Below are positions 49,201 to 57,226 of a DNA stretch of 64,000 nucleotides, in pieces (position 1 is the first letter of the stretch; each line of letters begins with the position of its first letter). The stretch comes from an uncultured bacterium. Lineage in GTDB: Bacteria > Patescibacteriota > Minisyncoccia > Phycocordibacterales > UBA2100. The stretch covers positions 2,192 to 66,191 of the forward strand of contig CAIOKC010000027.1 in NCBI GenBank assembly GCA_903858755.1. The letters are read 5' to 3'. Both the position numbers and the translations under genes were made by a program. The notes beneath the pieces are model-generated. The model worked only from the letters and a program-made list of their open reading frames with translations, was not told the origin of the DNA and searched no databases.

Positions 49201-49702
49201 TATAAAACTCCTTACTCACAACCGCCAAAGAGAACTTGTTTTCGAGGTCCTTAGTTGTAGTGATGATACCAGTTAGCATCATGCTCGGCGTTAACACTTT
49301 TACGTCTGGTCCAAGAAGATAGGAGAACCTGCGCGGATTTGAAATGGTCTCCCTGACACCCTCTTTCGTCCTAGTTACCTTTGTTGTAATTAGTGAAAGC
49401 CGCCATTCTTTGGAATCATCCGAGACATAGGCTACCAGAGCATTGGACCGCGCATGACTTTTGAGCACCCCGTAAGTACTCTTTGTAATTTCTACGCGAG
49501 CACTTAGTGATGAGTCAGGCTTAGCAATAAACACGACCAAATCTAAATCGCTGCCACTAGCCTCAGCGACTTGTTGAATTGACTTGAATCCAGACCTAGG
49601 CTCCTCCCGTTTTTTGCTCACGGCTACACTCGGAATGAGCTGCTCAACAAACGCAAGAAAAGCTTCCTCGTTAAATGCGCCAGCAAAAAGCGGGTTTATC
49701 AT
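46289..49702 (-). CDS. Large N6-adenine DNA methyltransferase (NPPY; Eco57I/PglX-like) with N- and C-terminal extensions
   Basis: Motif I LDPACGSGAF and motif IV VIGNPPYIG; 1137 aa; AT-rich codon usage unlike the flanking DNA. Confidence 0.8.
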   Translation of the reverse strand: MINPLFAGAFNEEAFLAFVEQLIPSVAVSKKREEPRSGFKSIQQVAEASGSDLDLVVFIAKPDSSLSARVEITKSTYGVLKSHARSNALVAYVSDDSKEWRLSLITTKVTRTKEGVRETISNPRRFSYLLGPDVKVLTPSMMLTGIITTTKDLENKFSLAVVSKEFYTRIAAQYSKLVGGTRGEGRRAETYERTLELGSADDTVYANFAIRLIGRLVFCWFLKQKKGSQGVPLIPDELLSVAAVSKNSDYYHSLCAPLFFEVLNKPPSSRPAFFAHSELFNKVPFLNGGLFQDHAEDNHKFNRTTGLSERRGVVAVPDGWFMEMLGIFEEYNFTIDENTSIDTELSIDPEMLGRIFENLLAEVNPETGASARKATGSFYTPREIVDFMVEESLVAHLKTKTGIPEEKLRVLSSYDLEDDVQYPFSINDRKVLVDAIHNAAVLDPACGSGAFPIGVLQRMVHMLGILDPDCSIYLNKFPAEARRQLQKHNLTYVRKLGVIRECIHGIDIQPVATDISRLRCFLTLVVDQQVDDSAPNRGIEPLPNLDFKFVCANTLIKPPVHEGPLFGDEFAAALGELIDEYFAPVDQVHKLDTARKLQQLISEKTKKELESIVQSFSGIKDRNHKRLLAKKNEAETDERMRINELWGSYENIFQNKPVGFFDTRYFFPAVYRKGGFDIVIGNPPYIGEKGHKDMFRKIKNSPLGKRYYQGKMDLFYFFFHTALDYLCNGGVMAYITTNYYPTALGARKLREDFKNRATVKKLVNFNELKVFKSALGQHNMVSILSKGHYKEVIAETCITKRTGDATSIILERIVGGQDEKTEYFRVAQDDLYDGDNYNIRLSGTSIESRNPIQTTLNKLKSQGEALGTICNANQGIVTGADKVSRKHLEKHKVSARIGDGIFILSEEEMQNINLTDDEKTILKPWFKNSDVHKWYTQDKTGSAVIYSNGETIKNIETYPNILKHLSKFEAIVSQYAYRWFDLHRSRQQDIFEGAKIVAPQRSTSNTFGYNASDWYASADVYFITEKDKSFSLKYVLALLNSRLYYFWLYQRGKRKGEMLELYQQPLSEVPIKRVSETEQKPFIEIVDKILAITTSGDYLENFKKQEEVKVYEKQIDQLVYKLYDLTDEEVRIVETAL

Positions 49703-52700
49703 AGACGATGCTCTTGTGTAAATAGAAGGAGGTTCGCAGCCTTTGATTCGATATTTTGCTTGTCCAGACTTACTTTCACCTGGTGCTCCGGTGCTATTTC
49801 CATGACTTGTTCGACAACTTGATCAGGAGTGAGAGTCGTATCCTTCGCGACTTTTATTACAGCTTTAAGCTGCCCATCCGAAAGGTCATCAAGATCACTA
49901 ACAACCTTTATTAAGTCGTCACAATAATTTGAGTATTGTGATTCTCGAACACTTCTTAATATGTGCACAACGTCGGTGCGATTTCTCGACATCTGTCCCA
50001 TTGCAGGTTTTTCGAATAACTTTTCCTTTAGCGTATTGAAGACGATGCCAAATTGATCGTCAGCCTTTTCTCCCACCTCCTCACGACCTGCTGCAAAGTG
50101 ATTCAAGACATTTTCCGCATCCACCAATTTGGCCTCCCCGTTGTTTTCAAGAGCATATATTTTATTCTCTCCCCGAATTCCTACTCCGACCCCCAATTGA
50201 GCACTGCGATTTTTTCTTACTATGCGAGCCCGCATGGGTATTTTCCTTGCCAATTCAACAATCTCACTATCGTGCTGTGCTTGCTCGTATGCCTCTCGAT
50301 GTGGAGTATCCCAACTCTGTTCTTCTGTCGTCGCTCTCTTAAATTCGTCCACAAAAAACGATTCTGGGTTCTCGTCTTCCGTGAGCGTTCGAGTGTCATT
50401 ACCGACTACAGAATTAAATATCTTCATTTTGAGCGTGGCCACACCTCTGATGTTTGTCTCTGTTTCACCGAGTTCAGTGGGAAAATAGTTGTCAATAAAA
50501 AGCTCATCGAACATTTTCATGTTTATACGATTAATGCGACCCACGCGTTGTATGACGCGGGTTGGGTTATACGGAATATCATAATTAATCACGCGGCCCG
50601 CCCTATGCAAGCTAATTCCCTCACTCAAAGCATCGGTAGCAACAAGTACCTTGAAATCATCGGCCTGTCTCTCCGGGGGTAGCCCGGCATCGAAGTTTTT
50701 TCTCACAATTTGACGCTCCGTCCGACCATTTTGAGAAGTATAGAAAATTGTTGCGATTCCCGCGCGCTTTAATGCCTCACCGACATAATTGACGGTATCT
50801 GCATACATACTAAAGACCACGATTTTTCTTTTCGGATCCCTTTCAAGGTGGTGCTGTATATCAGAAATAAGTTGATGGAGTTTCGGATCTGGCAGAGACG
50901 CAAAAGGTGAATGCGCACCGAACCACTTATCGTAGATATCTTGGAGAACGGACAAGTCGCGTCTAACTTCTGATACGAACTTCTCGTTGAGATCGTCAAC
51001 GCTAACATAAGCGATCTTTCGACTATTCGGAACGGCCGTGATATCAATTGCAATTTGCTCTGTCATTTCTGCGTCCTCTGCATCTTCTTCCGGTATCTCA
51101 TCGGGTGCCGGAATATATGCCTTCTTTGATATTGGAACGAGGTGGCGTTGCTCCACCCATTCAATGATTTTCTTATGCGAATCAATTACAGTCTGGAGGG
51201 TGCTCTTAAACGCGGCTCTGGAACTCTCAAACCGCATTACTAAAAGCTTTCGCATAAATGATGCGACGTTCTCCTGGGCTGTTCGAATATCCTCCAATTC
51301 GGGGTACTTTTCAGTAAAATTTCCTATATCGCGAGCATAAGTTGTTGGCCTGTATCGGGCACCGGTTAGCCCACCTTCAGTTCTTGAGTCCGGCACTATC
51401 CGCCCTACCGTTTCGAGGTAGATTTCGGTGAATTCGCCCAATTCGTATTCTCGAATCTTTGGGTCGCTCATCTTGGCAAATTCAATCCCTTGCGCATTCA
51501 AATCCTCCCGATATCGTGTAATATTTTCTAGGTCAATTCTTGAGCGCCTGATGATGATTGGTTCGATTAGCCTTCGTAATTCGCTGGCTATAGCATCACG
51601 CCTCATATCCAACTCTTGCCGCTGCTCTGGTGTCATTGTCGTGACTGCGTTAGAGCGTCGAAGTTCTTTATATGCCTTCGCAAGTTCGGTAAATTTTAAA
51701 GACAGGTTATCTACTGTTCGCAGGGTGGCAGCGCCAGGGGTTTGAAAGAGTTTGATAAGGGCAAAAATATCCTTTGGATCATTGTTGAATGGTGTGGCAG
51801 AAAGTACCAATACTTTATTTCCAACGTGACTGCGGGTTAACTGGTGGAGCAACTGATAGTCTTGCGTACTTTCATTTCTATATCTGTGCGCTTCATCTAG
51901 AATAAATAGAAGGGGCTCTGCGGTACTTTTGTATCTATCGTACGCCTCTTCAATCTTTCCTGAGCTAAAGATTCGCACACCCGGTAGCCGAAATTCCTCG
52001 GCGTAGTCCTCCCACATTGGAATAAGGTGGGGCGGGGCAATAATAACTGGCTTCAAGTCGGAGCAATTCGCTGCGACTGTACTTGCGATAATACTTTTTC
52101 CTAGCCCGACCACATCTGCGATAATAGCGCCATCGTAATTTTTTATTCGTGCAATTGCCATTTTTACGGCATCGATCTGATATGAAAGGTCAATATATTG
52201 GCCGCGAGTTGCTCGCGATGCACCAATCACATCGAGCTTATATTCAGCACCAAATATCTCATGTAGTAGTCGGACGTACATAAGGTACGGCGTCGGGACT
52301 ACGTTCATCCAAAGTTCGTCCCGAATCTTATTTAAAAACATGTCTGATTTGCCTTTTTCCTGAATGACAATGTTACGGGCGTCTGACCATCGAATTGAAA
52401 ATTTCTCGCAATACTCTTTGTACTTTTCCTGGGAGTCGAACGCCTCGTCGATCTCTTGCTGTCCAATGAGGCCATTATAGGTAAAATTGCTTGAGCCCAT
52501 AAAAACTTTGCCCGAATTGCCATTGTGAATTACGTAGTATTTGCCGTGCGCCTGTTCTTCAGTCATTTTAATCTCAAGCGATCCATCTTCGAGCTTCTTT
52601 TCTAGAATTGAATACGCTTCTTGTGCCTCCGGCGCGTCGAATATTGATGTTTGATTTGCGAGCTTCTTTATACCCTCGCCGAATGCGCTAACTCTTTCCT

Positions 52701-53004
52701 GCTTTGATTGCGGAACGCTTCTAGGCTGATACGGATCGAGATTTACAGAGGACTTTTTGGTTGTTTCAATTATTAAGGTCGGTATGGCATCTGGATCAAT
52801 ATACGACCCGACCAAGATACGGACCTTGAGTTTGTCGAGTTTCTTAGCCAATAGCTCAAACCCACAAAGGTAAAAATATCCAACCTCAATATCAAGTCCG
52901 GTTGTATTGTCTCCAATCGCGTCAGATATGGCTCGGTAAAGATTGTTTTGCTTGCTATTATCGATGATTTTATTTCCCGAAACCATTGCAGTAAATAATC
53001 CCAC
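49699..53004 (-). CDS. PLD-like (HKD) nuclease domain fused to SNF2-family helicase
   Basis: N-terminal HGKYYVIHN...GSSNFT HKD motif. SNF2 ATPase with GLGKS Walker A and DEAH (ILDEAHRYRN). C-terminal helicase lobe (VLVATDALSEGISLH...QRVGRINR). Overlaps the methyltransferase gene by 4 bp. Confidence 0.8.
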   Translation of the reverse strand: MGLFTAMVSGNKIIDNSKQNNLYRAISDAIGDNTTGLDIEVGYFYLCGFELLAKKLDKLKVRILVGSYIDPDAIPTLIIETTKKSSVNLDPYQPRSVPQSKQERVSAFGEGIKKLANQTSIFDAPEAQEAYSILEKKLEDGSLEIKMTEEQAHGKYYVIHNGNSGKVFMGSSNFTYNGLIGQQEIDEAFDSQEKYKEYCEKFSIRWSDARNIVIQEKGKSDMFLNKIRDELWMNVVPTPYLMYVRLLHEIFGAEYKLDVIGASRATRGQYIDLSYQIDAVKMAIARIKNYDGAIIADVVGLGKSIIASTVAANCSDLKPVIIAPPHLIPMWEDYAEEFRLPGVRIFSSGKIEEAYDRYKSTAEPLLFILDEAHRYRNESTQDYQLLHQLTRSHVGNKVLVLSATPFNNDPKDIFALIKLFQTPGAATLRTVDNLSLKFTELAKAYKELRRSNAVTTMTPEQRQELDMRRDAIASELRRLIEPIIIRRSRIDLENITRYREDLNAQGIEFAKMSDPKIREYELGEFTEIYLETVGRIVPDSRTEGGLTGARYRPTTYARDIGNFTEKYPELEDIRTAQENVASFMRKLLVMRFESSRAAFKSTLQTVIDSHKKIIEWVEQRHLVPISKKAYIPAPDEIPEEDAEDAEMTEQIAIDITAVPNSRKIAYVSVDDLNEKFVSEVRRDLSVLQDIYDKWFGAHSPFASLPDPKLHQLISDIQHHLERDPKRKIVVFSMYADTVNYVGEALKRAGIATIFYTSQNGRTERQIVRKNFDAGLPPERQADDFKVLVATDALSEGISLHRAGRVINYDIPYNPTRVIQRVGRINRINMKMFDELFIDNYFPTELGETETNIRGVATLKMKIFNSVVGNDTRTLTEDENPESFFVDEFKRATTEEQSWDTPHREAYEQAQHDSEIVELARKIPMRARIVRKNRSAQLGVGVGIRGENKIYALENNGEAKLVDAENVLNHFAAGREEVGEKADDQFGIVFNTLKEKLFEKPAMGQMSRNRTDVVHILRSVRESQYSNYCDDLIKVVSDLDDLSDGQLKAVIKVAKDTTLTPDQVVEQVMEIAPEHQVKVSLDKQNIESKAANLLLFTQEHRL

Positions 53005-53047
53005 AAATCTTCATGTTTGGGAATCACGGCACAAAACCCGCCTACGG

Positions 53048-53079
53048 GCGGGTTTTGTGCGACGGGCGTGTCCGTTCGG
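53048..53079. terminator. Perfect 14-bp bidirectional hairpin
   Basis: GCACAAAACCCGCC-TACG-GGCGGGTTTTGTGC. Confidence 0.5.
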
Positions 53080-53179
53080 GCGCTATCTCGGCGTCGCAGT
53101 TCGAATCTTACTGAACCTCAATCGTACCTCCTGCCAATCAAGCTCTACCTACTAGGACACTTTGTCAGTTAGCCACTTT

Positions 53180-53503
53180 TTACTGCTCGTTGCAGACTGT
53201 ATTGAATCTGTTTCTCAAGTCAGTCTCTTCTTGCAGCCTTGCGTCTCGGTTTTCAGAAGAAATATGAGCAAATATGTGTGTCGCCCCATTTTGCCTGGTG
53301 CAGTTCCATTTGTGATGAGAAGGCGTGCATCGTGTGCTCAAGTCCTCACATTCACCGATATATACTGGTGTCCAGCTGTTCTGTTGCAGACTCTTGGCAA
53401 AAATATAATTACCGGGCTTAGCGACAAATGGTTCATTTATCGGATACCCCCAGTAACGGTAACTTTTGCCAGATTTGCCGTGCCAATCCATTTCTACTGC
53501 CAT
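53180..53503 (-). CDS. Small GIY-YIG-like nuclease domain protein (tentative)
   Basis: PGNYIFAK...WTPVYIGECEDLSTR resembles the GIY...YIG...R/E core; 107 aa; low GC. Confidence 0.35.
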   Translation of the reverse strand: MAVEMDWHGKSGKSYRYWGYPINEPFVAKPGNYIFAKSLQQNSWTPVYIGECEDLSTRCTPSHHKWNCTRQNGATHIFAHISSENRDARLQEETDLRNRFNTVCNEQ

Positions 53504-53540
53504 AATCTGTATTCATTTCTCAATTAGTAATTCGACCGAA

Positions 53541-53582
53541 GCAAAAACCCAAAGCCGCATCGGTTGCGTCTTTGGGTTTTTG
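53541..53582. terminator. 14-bp-stem hairpin (GCAAAAACCCAAAG / CTTTGGGTTTTTGC)
   Basis: Inverted repeat with a 14-nt loop. Confidence 0.4.
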
Positions 53583-53978
53583 CTCAAACTCTCGCTTGGG
53601 TAATTACCGGGGGCGCAGGTTACTCGTGTCCGTAGGCATTCGTAACCCCCGATTTTCAGAAACAGATTCTCACTTCTGCTTTCATTTTACCAAGCGCAGA
53701 GAAAATCAAAAAGTGGATAAGTGCCCCGTCCCGCCGCCCATCCCTTTTTGGAACCCACCCCCGCGAAATGGATGAGGATGCCTGTCCGCCTTTGGCGGAG
53801 AGGATTGGCGGCGGGGCGGGGGTCGAGGGCGCGGCGTACTCGCGCGCCCGAGAGAGTCAGCACGGAGTCGAATCGTGACACAGAGTACAAAGCCACCACG
53901 CGCGCGGAGCGCGCGAGATTAGGATTCACTCTGGTAATAGGTTCGAGCGGAGTATAATAGGGACTCAAACTTCGTTTG

Positions 53979-54051
53979 AGCCGATGTCCGGGATTGAACC
54001 GGAGACCTCGTCCTTACCAAGGACGTGCTCTACCAACTGAGCTACATCGGC
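53979..54051 (-). tRNA. tRNA-Thr (GGU)
   Basis: Cloverleaf GCCGATG...anticodon loop TTGGTAA...T-loop TTCAATC...CATCGGC. Confidence 0.85.
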
Positions 54052-54085
54052 GCTTTCTCTGGCACTGCAGAGCGTACCATGTGAA

Positions 54086-54349
54086 GTGTGGATTTTGAAG
54101 TTTCGAAGCATGGTAGACTGTATCTTCATGGGCAAAGAACTTCGCGACTCTCTCAGCTACTTCGCGCAAAATCTTTTCGTCGTCGTCGGTCTCGTCCTCA
54201 TCTGGCGCGGCGTGTGGTACACACTCGACGGCATCGACAACATCTTTTTCGGCGGCGCGCACTGGCTCTCCGCGCTCGCGGGCATCGCTGTCGGTCTCTT
54301 CATCCTCTACTTGCCCGACCACGATCTCAAAGAGATACAGAAACTCTGA
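54086..54349 (+). CDS. Small two-helix membrane protein
   Basis: Hydrophobic stretches FVVVGLVLIW and LSALAGIAVGLFILYL; start ambiguous between 54086 and 54128. Confidence 0.35.
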   Translation: MWILKFRSMVDCIFMGKELRDSLSYFAQNLFVVVGLVLIWRGVWYTLDGIDNIFFGGAHWLSALAGIAVGLFILYLPDHDLKEIQKL

Positions 54350-55132
54350 TCAGACCTGATACCGCTTGAGGTCTGCCACGATGGGGGCGATTTTCTCGTC
54401 TGTTATTTCCTCTGGTCGTATCGAGCACTGCGCGAATAGCTGCGACTCTATATCTCGCGCCGCGTCAGCGAGCCGCGCGAAATCATCTTTGCCGCCCTCG
54501 TCTGCCCACGAACGCCTGCCTCTATAGCGTGCACGACTCTCCGCCAGACGCTCTTCCATGGGAAGAATGCCATGCGGACCGGCGCGCAAGTCGCTGTACT
54601 CGACCACTTTCTGCTCAAACGACGAAGTGTCTCGCACGAATGCGAGCCGCGAAAACCCGACGCCGTCCGCAAGCGCGATGGCGTCATCCGGAAGGCGCAT
54701 CTCTCTCATGATGCTGATCGTCGCCTCGTGAGCCGCATCGCCATATCGCTCGATATACTCGCGCTGTACCTCTTCCCAATACGACCGAGGATGCGGCGCG
54801 AGAAATTCGGGAAATACCGCAAGATCGGATTTGATAATGTTGCCCATGTCGTGGAAGAGACACGCAAGGATCACCGAGCGCGCATCGATCGGCTCCCTGA
54901 AGTGTTCGCAGATCAATTTCCCGACCGCCGCGACACGCAGCTGGTGGATCTGGAGCCCCGGCATGGTGCGGTACTCCGCGTATACATCGGGGGGCGTCCT
55001 CATGAGAGGACATCGTAGCATGTCCGTACAGTGCGCGACCTCGTGGACGCTATTGGAACCAGCATCCGAGGGTACAAAGGGCATATTTACATACCCGATC
55101 TCAAAGGGAAAGTGCCGTGTGCATAGCTTCAT
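54350..55132 (-). CDS. HD-domain phosphohydrolase
   Basis: H...HD motif (LACLFHDMGNI) and additional His/Asp ligands. Confidence 0.7.
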   Translation of the reverse strand: MKLCTRHFPFEIGYVNMPFVPSDAGSNSVHEVAHCTDMLRCPLMRTPPDVYAEYRTMPGLQIHQLRVAAVGKLICEHFREPIDARSVILACLFHDMGNIIKSDLAVFPEFLAPHPRSYWEEVQREYIERYGDAAHEATISIMREMRLPDDAIALADGVGFSRLAFVRDTSSFEQKVVEYSDLRAGPHGILPMEERLAESRARYRGRRSWADEGGKDDFARLADAARDIESQLFAQCSIRPEEITDEKIAPIVADLKRYQV

Positions 55133-55233
55133 TGACTATCCATCTGGGGGGGCATATAGTGCGCCCATACACGCCCCAGCCGACCGCAAGGTTCGCTGGG
55201 GTTTTTCGTTGCCTGTTGCTACAATGTCGAGCG

Positions 55234-55851
55234 ATGCAAACGATACTGCTTATAGACGGCGAAAACATAAAAGGCAAGATCCGCTCCGTGTTCAAGGATG
55301 CCAGTAAGGCGCGACCCGTTTGGCACGAGTACGATTTTCGAGGGCTTTTAGATAAGGTCTTGGACGGCATCAAAATAGACCGGAAGGTATTTTATTTCGC
55401 TCGCATCAAAGAACACGATGATAGCAAGACAAAATCGAAGCAGCTCATCGAGGATCAGCGCCAGCTCAAAACGCACTTGGAAAAACAGGGTTTCGAGGTG
55501 ATTTTGAGCGGACGCGTGCGCGGGCAATTTGAGGACGGACAGGGAGGCAAGAAAATCCTCGTGTTCAAAGAGAAGGGCGTGGACGTGAAGATCGCGGTTG
55601 ATATGGTCAGCTTATCGTGCGACAAGAAGGTCAAAGAGATAATCCTCGGCAGTTCCGACAGCGACCTTCAACCGGCAATCAAGGAAGTGCGCGACCGGCA
55701 GGTCAGCTGCGTGTATCTTGGGTTTGAGGCGCAGCCGAATAAGGGAATGACGTTTACGACGAACAGGACTATTTTGATACGGAATGCTGAACTTTTTGAG
55801 TTTGAGAACATCCAACCAACACTCATCAAATCTGATCCGCCCCGTTATTAG
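55234..55851 (+). CDS. NYN-domain (LabA-like, PIN-fold) protein
   Basis: MQTILLIDGENIKG at the N-terminus and ILGSSDSDLQPAI. Start trimmed to ATG 55234, preceded by a TACAAT -10-like box. Confidence 0.65.
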   Translation: MQTILLIDGENIKGKIRSVFKDASKARPVWHEYDFRGLLDKVLDGIKIDRKVFYFARIKEHDDSKTKSKQLIEDQRQLKTHLEKQGFEVILSGRVRGQFEDGQGGKKILVFKEKGVDVKIAVDMVSLSCDKKVKEIILGSSDSDLQPAIKEVRDRQVSCVYLGFEAQPNKGMTFTTNRTILIRNAELFEFENIQPTLIKSDPPRY

Positions 55852-56102
55852 TGCTCTTTAACACTTTTTCAAGAGCGTTTCCCTACAAGGACGAAAAGAG
55901 AACCTTGACTCTCTTCGTCCCGACTTGCGCGAGTGACGGGACTCGGCTAAGCGCTCACTCGTCGCCGTCGCTCCTCGTTCCGCTTAGCCATGCTCGCCCC
56001 GCTCCATCTGCTGATGGAGCCTCCGGCGCTCGCCTTCGAGTCCCGTCTCGCTGTAAAACAGTAAGACCCCGATGCTTCGCATCGAGGCCTAACTGTTTTA
56101 AG

Positions 56103-56176
56103 CGCGAGTGACGGGACTCGAACCCGCAGCCTCTCCCGTGACAGGGGAGTGCTCTAACCAATTGAGCTACACCCGC
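56103..56176 (-). tRNA. tRNA-Asp (GUC)
   Basis: GCGGGTG...anticodon loop CTGTCAC...T-loop TTCGAGT...CACTCGC with G73 discriminator. Confidence 0.85.
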
Positions 56177-56217
56177 ATGAGCGAACGAGCGAAGAATACC
56201 GCGTCTGAGAGCTTTTT

Positions 56218-56490
56218 TCAATTGCGGCGGCGCTTCCTGTGTCCCCTACCGACACAGTATCGAAGCGTATCGATACCGGAGACGAGCGCCCAGACGCTGT
56301 TGGTGATCACAAACGGCCACACATGATTCGACGCCGCATACCAGAGCAATCCGAGACTCGCGACGAAATTCACTCCATCATACCACACACTCTCGCTCGA
56401 GAGCTTGCCGTACTCGTTGAGGACGAATGCCGAGAGGACAAGAAGCGCCGATCCGATACCCAACAATTCAAGAGGTTCCATAACCGCCAT
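56218..56490 (-). CDS. Small membrane protein (tentative)
   Basis: Two hydrophobic helices; lies between two tRNA genes. Confidence 0.3.
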   Translation of the reverse strand: MAVMEPLELLGIGSALLVLSAFVLNEYGKLSSESVWYDGVNFVASLGLLWYAASNHVWPFVITNSVWALVSGIDTLRYCVGRGHRKRRRN

Positions 56491-56500
56491 TTTAGCACTG

Positions 56501-56573
56501 TGCCGGCGGCAGGGATCGAACCTGCGACCTAGCCCTTATGAAAGGCTCGCTACTACCACTGAGCTACGCCGGC
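56501..56573 (-). tRNA. tRNA-Met (CAU), elongator type (or tRNA-Ile2 if lysidinylated)
   Basis: GCCGGCG...anticodon loop TTCATAA...T-loop TTCGATC...CGCCGGC with G1-C72 paired. Confidence 0.8.
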
Positions 56574-56637
56574 TTACCTTGGAAAACTACTATATTTCAG
56601 TCCTTCAATCAATTCGTGGATACGGTACACTACTCTC

Positions 56638-56814
56638 ATGTGGGACACGATCCTCAATATCAATTCGATCCTGACCATCATCGCGAGTGTCTACGGCATC
56701 TACGCGATCGGCTCCGGGATTCTCGCGTGGGACTGGAAGCAAATCGCGCTCGGCGTGTTCGTCGCCGCGTTCTTTCTGACAGCGCAGATCGTCATCGGAG
56801 CATTCGCGGATTGA
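56638..56814 (+). CDS. Very small hydrophobic ORF (58 aa; not in the supplied track)
   Basis: ATG 56638; MWDTILNINSILTIIASVYGIYAIGSGILAWDWKQIALGVFVAAFFL... Confidence 0.25.
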   Translation: MWDTILNINSILTIIASVYGIYAIGSGILAWDWKQIALGVFVAAFFLTAQIVIGAFAD

Positions 56815-56861
56815 TGTAATTTGCGCGTGCATTCCTTCCATAGTAGAGTAAACGCCTTGCT

Positions 56862-56933
56862 AGCGGGGTGGAGCAGGAGTAGCTCGCAAGGCTCATAACC
56901 TTGAGGTCGCGGGTGCAATTCCCGCCCCCGCAA
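56862..56933 (+). tRNA. Initiator-like tRNA-Met (CAU)
   Basis: aGCGGGG...CTCATAA...CCCCGCA with unpaired positions 1-72; resembles E. coli tRNA-fMet. The T-loop (TGCAATT) is atypical. Confidence 0.6.
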
Positions 56934-57077
56934 CAAATACAGAAAGGGCTCCCGCTTGGGAGTCTTTTCTGTATTCGATGCCGCGGGGAGCGAGGCAACT
57001 GCTTGCCTCGCGTGCGGAATTGCACGGCAGTGCGCTGTGCACGCACCGCACTGCCGCGGTCCCGGAGGGAAATTCCC

Positions 57078-57200
57078 GCCCCCGCAACACGATTGTGATA
57101 GCCGGAACCAGTACCGCCTCCCGTCAAAGGTAGTACGGTATCGACCGGCGTCACAGGCAGAAACAACGCAAAAGCCGCGACTTTCATCGTGGCTTTTGCG
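57078..57200 (+). repeat. About 125-bp direct repeat, copy A, beginning with a copy of the tRNA-fMet 3' end
   Basis: CCCGCCCCCGCAACAcgATTGTGA...GGTACGGTATCGAC...GAAACAaCgcAAAGCCGCGACTT; about 75% identical to copy B. Confidence 0.6.
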
Positions 57201-57226
57201 TTGGATCTACTCCAGAGATAGCATAC

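Noticed and set aside
53687-53968. ORFs 53687..53968 (minus) and 53721..53957 (plus) in the GC-rich stretch before tRNA-Thr.
   Set aside because: Both are Arg/Pro/Ala-rich with no start-context or motif support and mutually overlap. The region is treated as non-coding, possibly RNA or a junction.
45947-54066. A 9-bp direct repeat CTCTGGCAC at 45950 and 54058 as possible att sites bounding the low-GC island.
   Set aside because: Too short to be significant in 64 kb. The second copy lies on the 5' side of tRNA-Thr rather than at its 3' end, and the low-GC block ends well inside these points.
56982-57091. A second initiator-tRNA gene (CGCGGGG...CCCCGCA-A with C1-A72 mismatch).
   Set aside because: The acceptor ends are tRNA-like, but the interior (about 106 nt) cannot form D, anticodon and T arms. 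It is interpreted as a pseudo-tRNA or att remnant rather than a functional gene.
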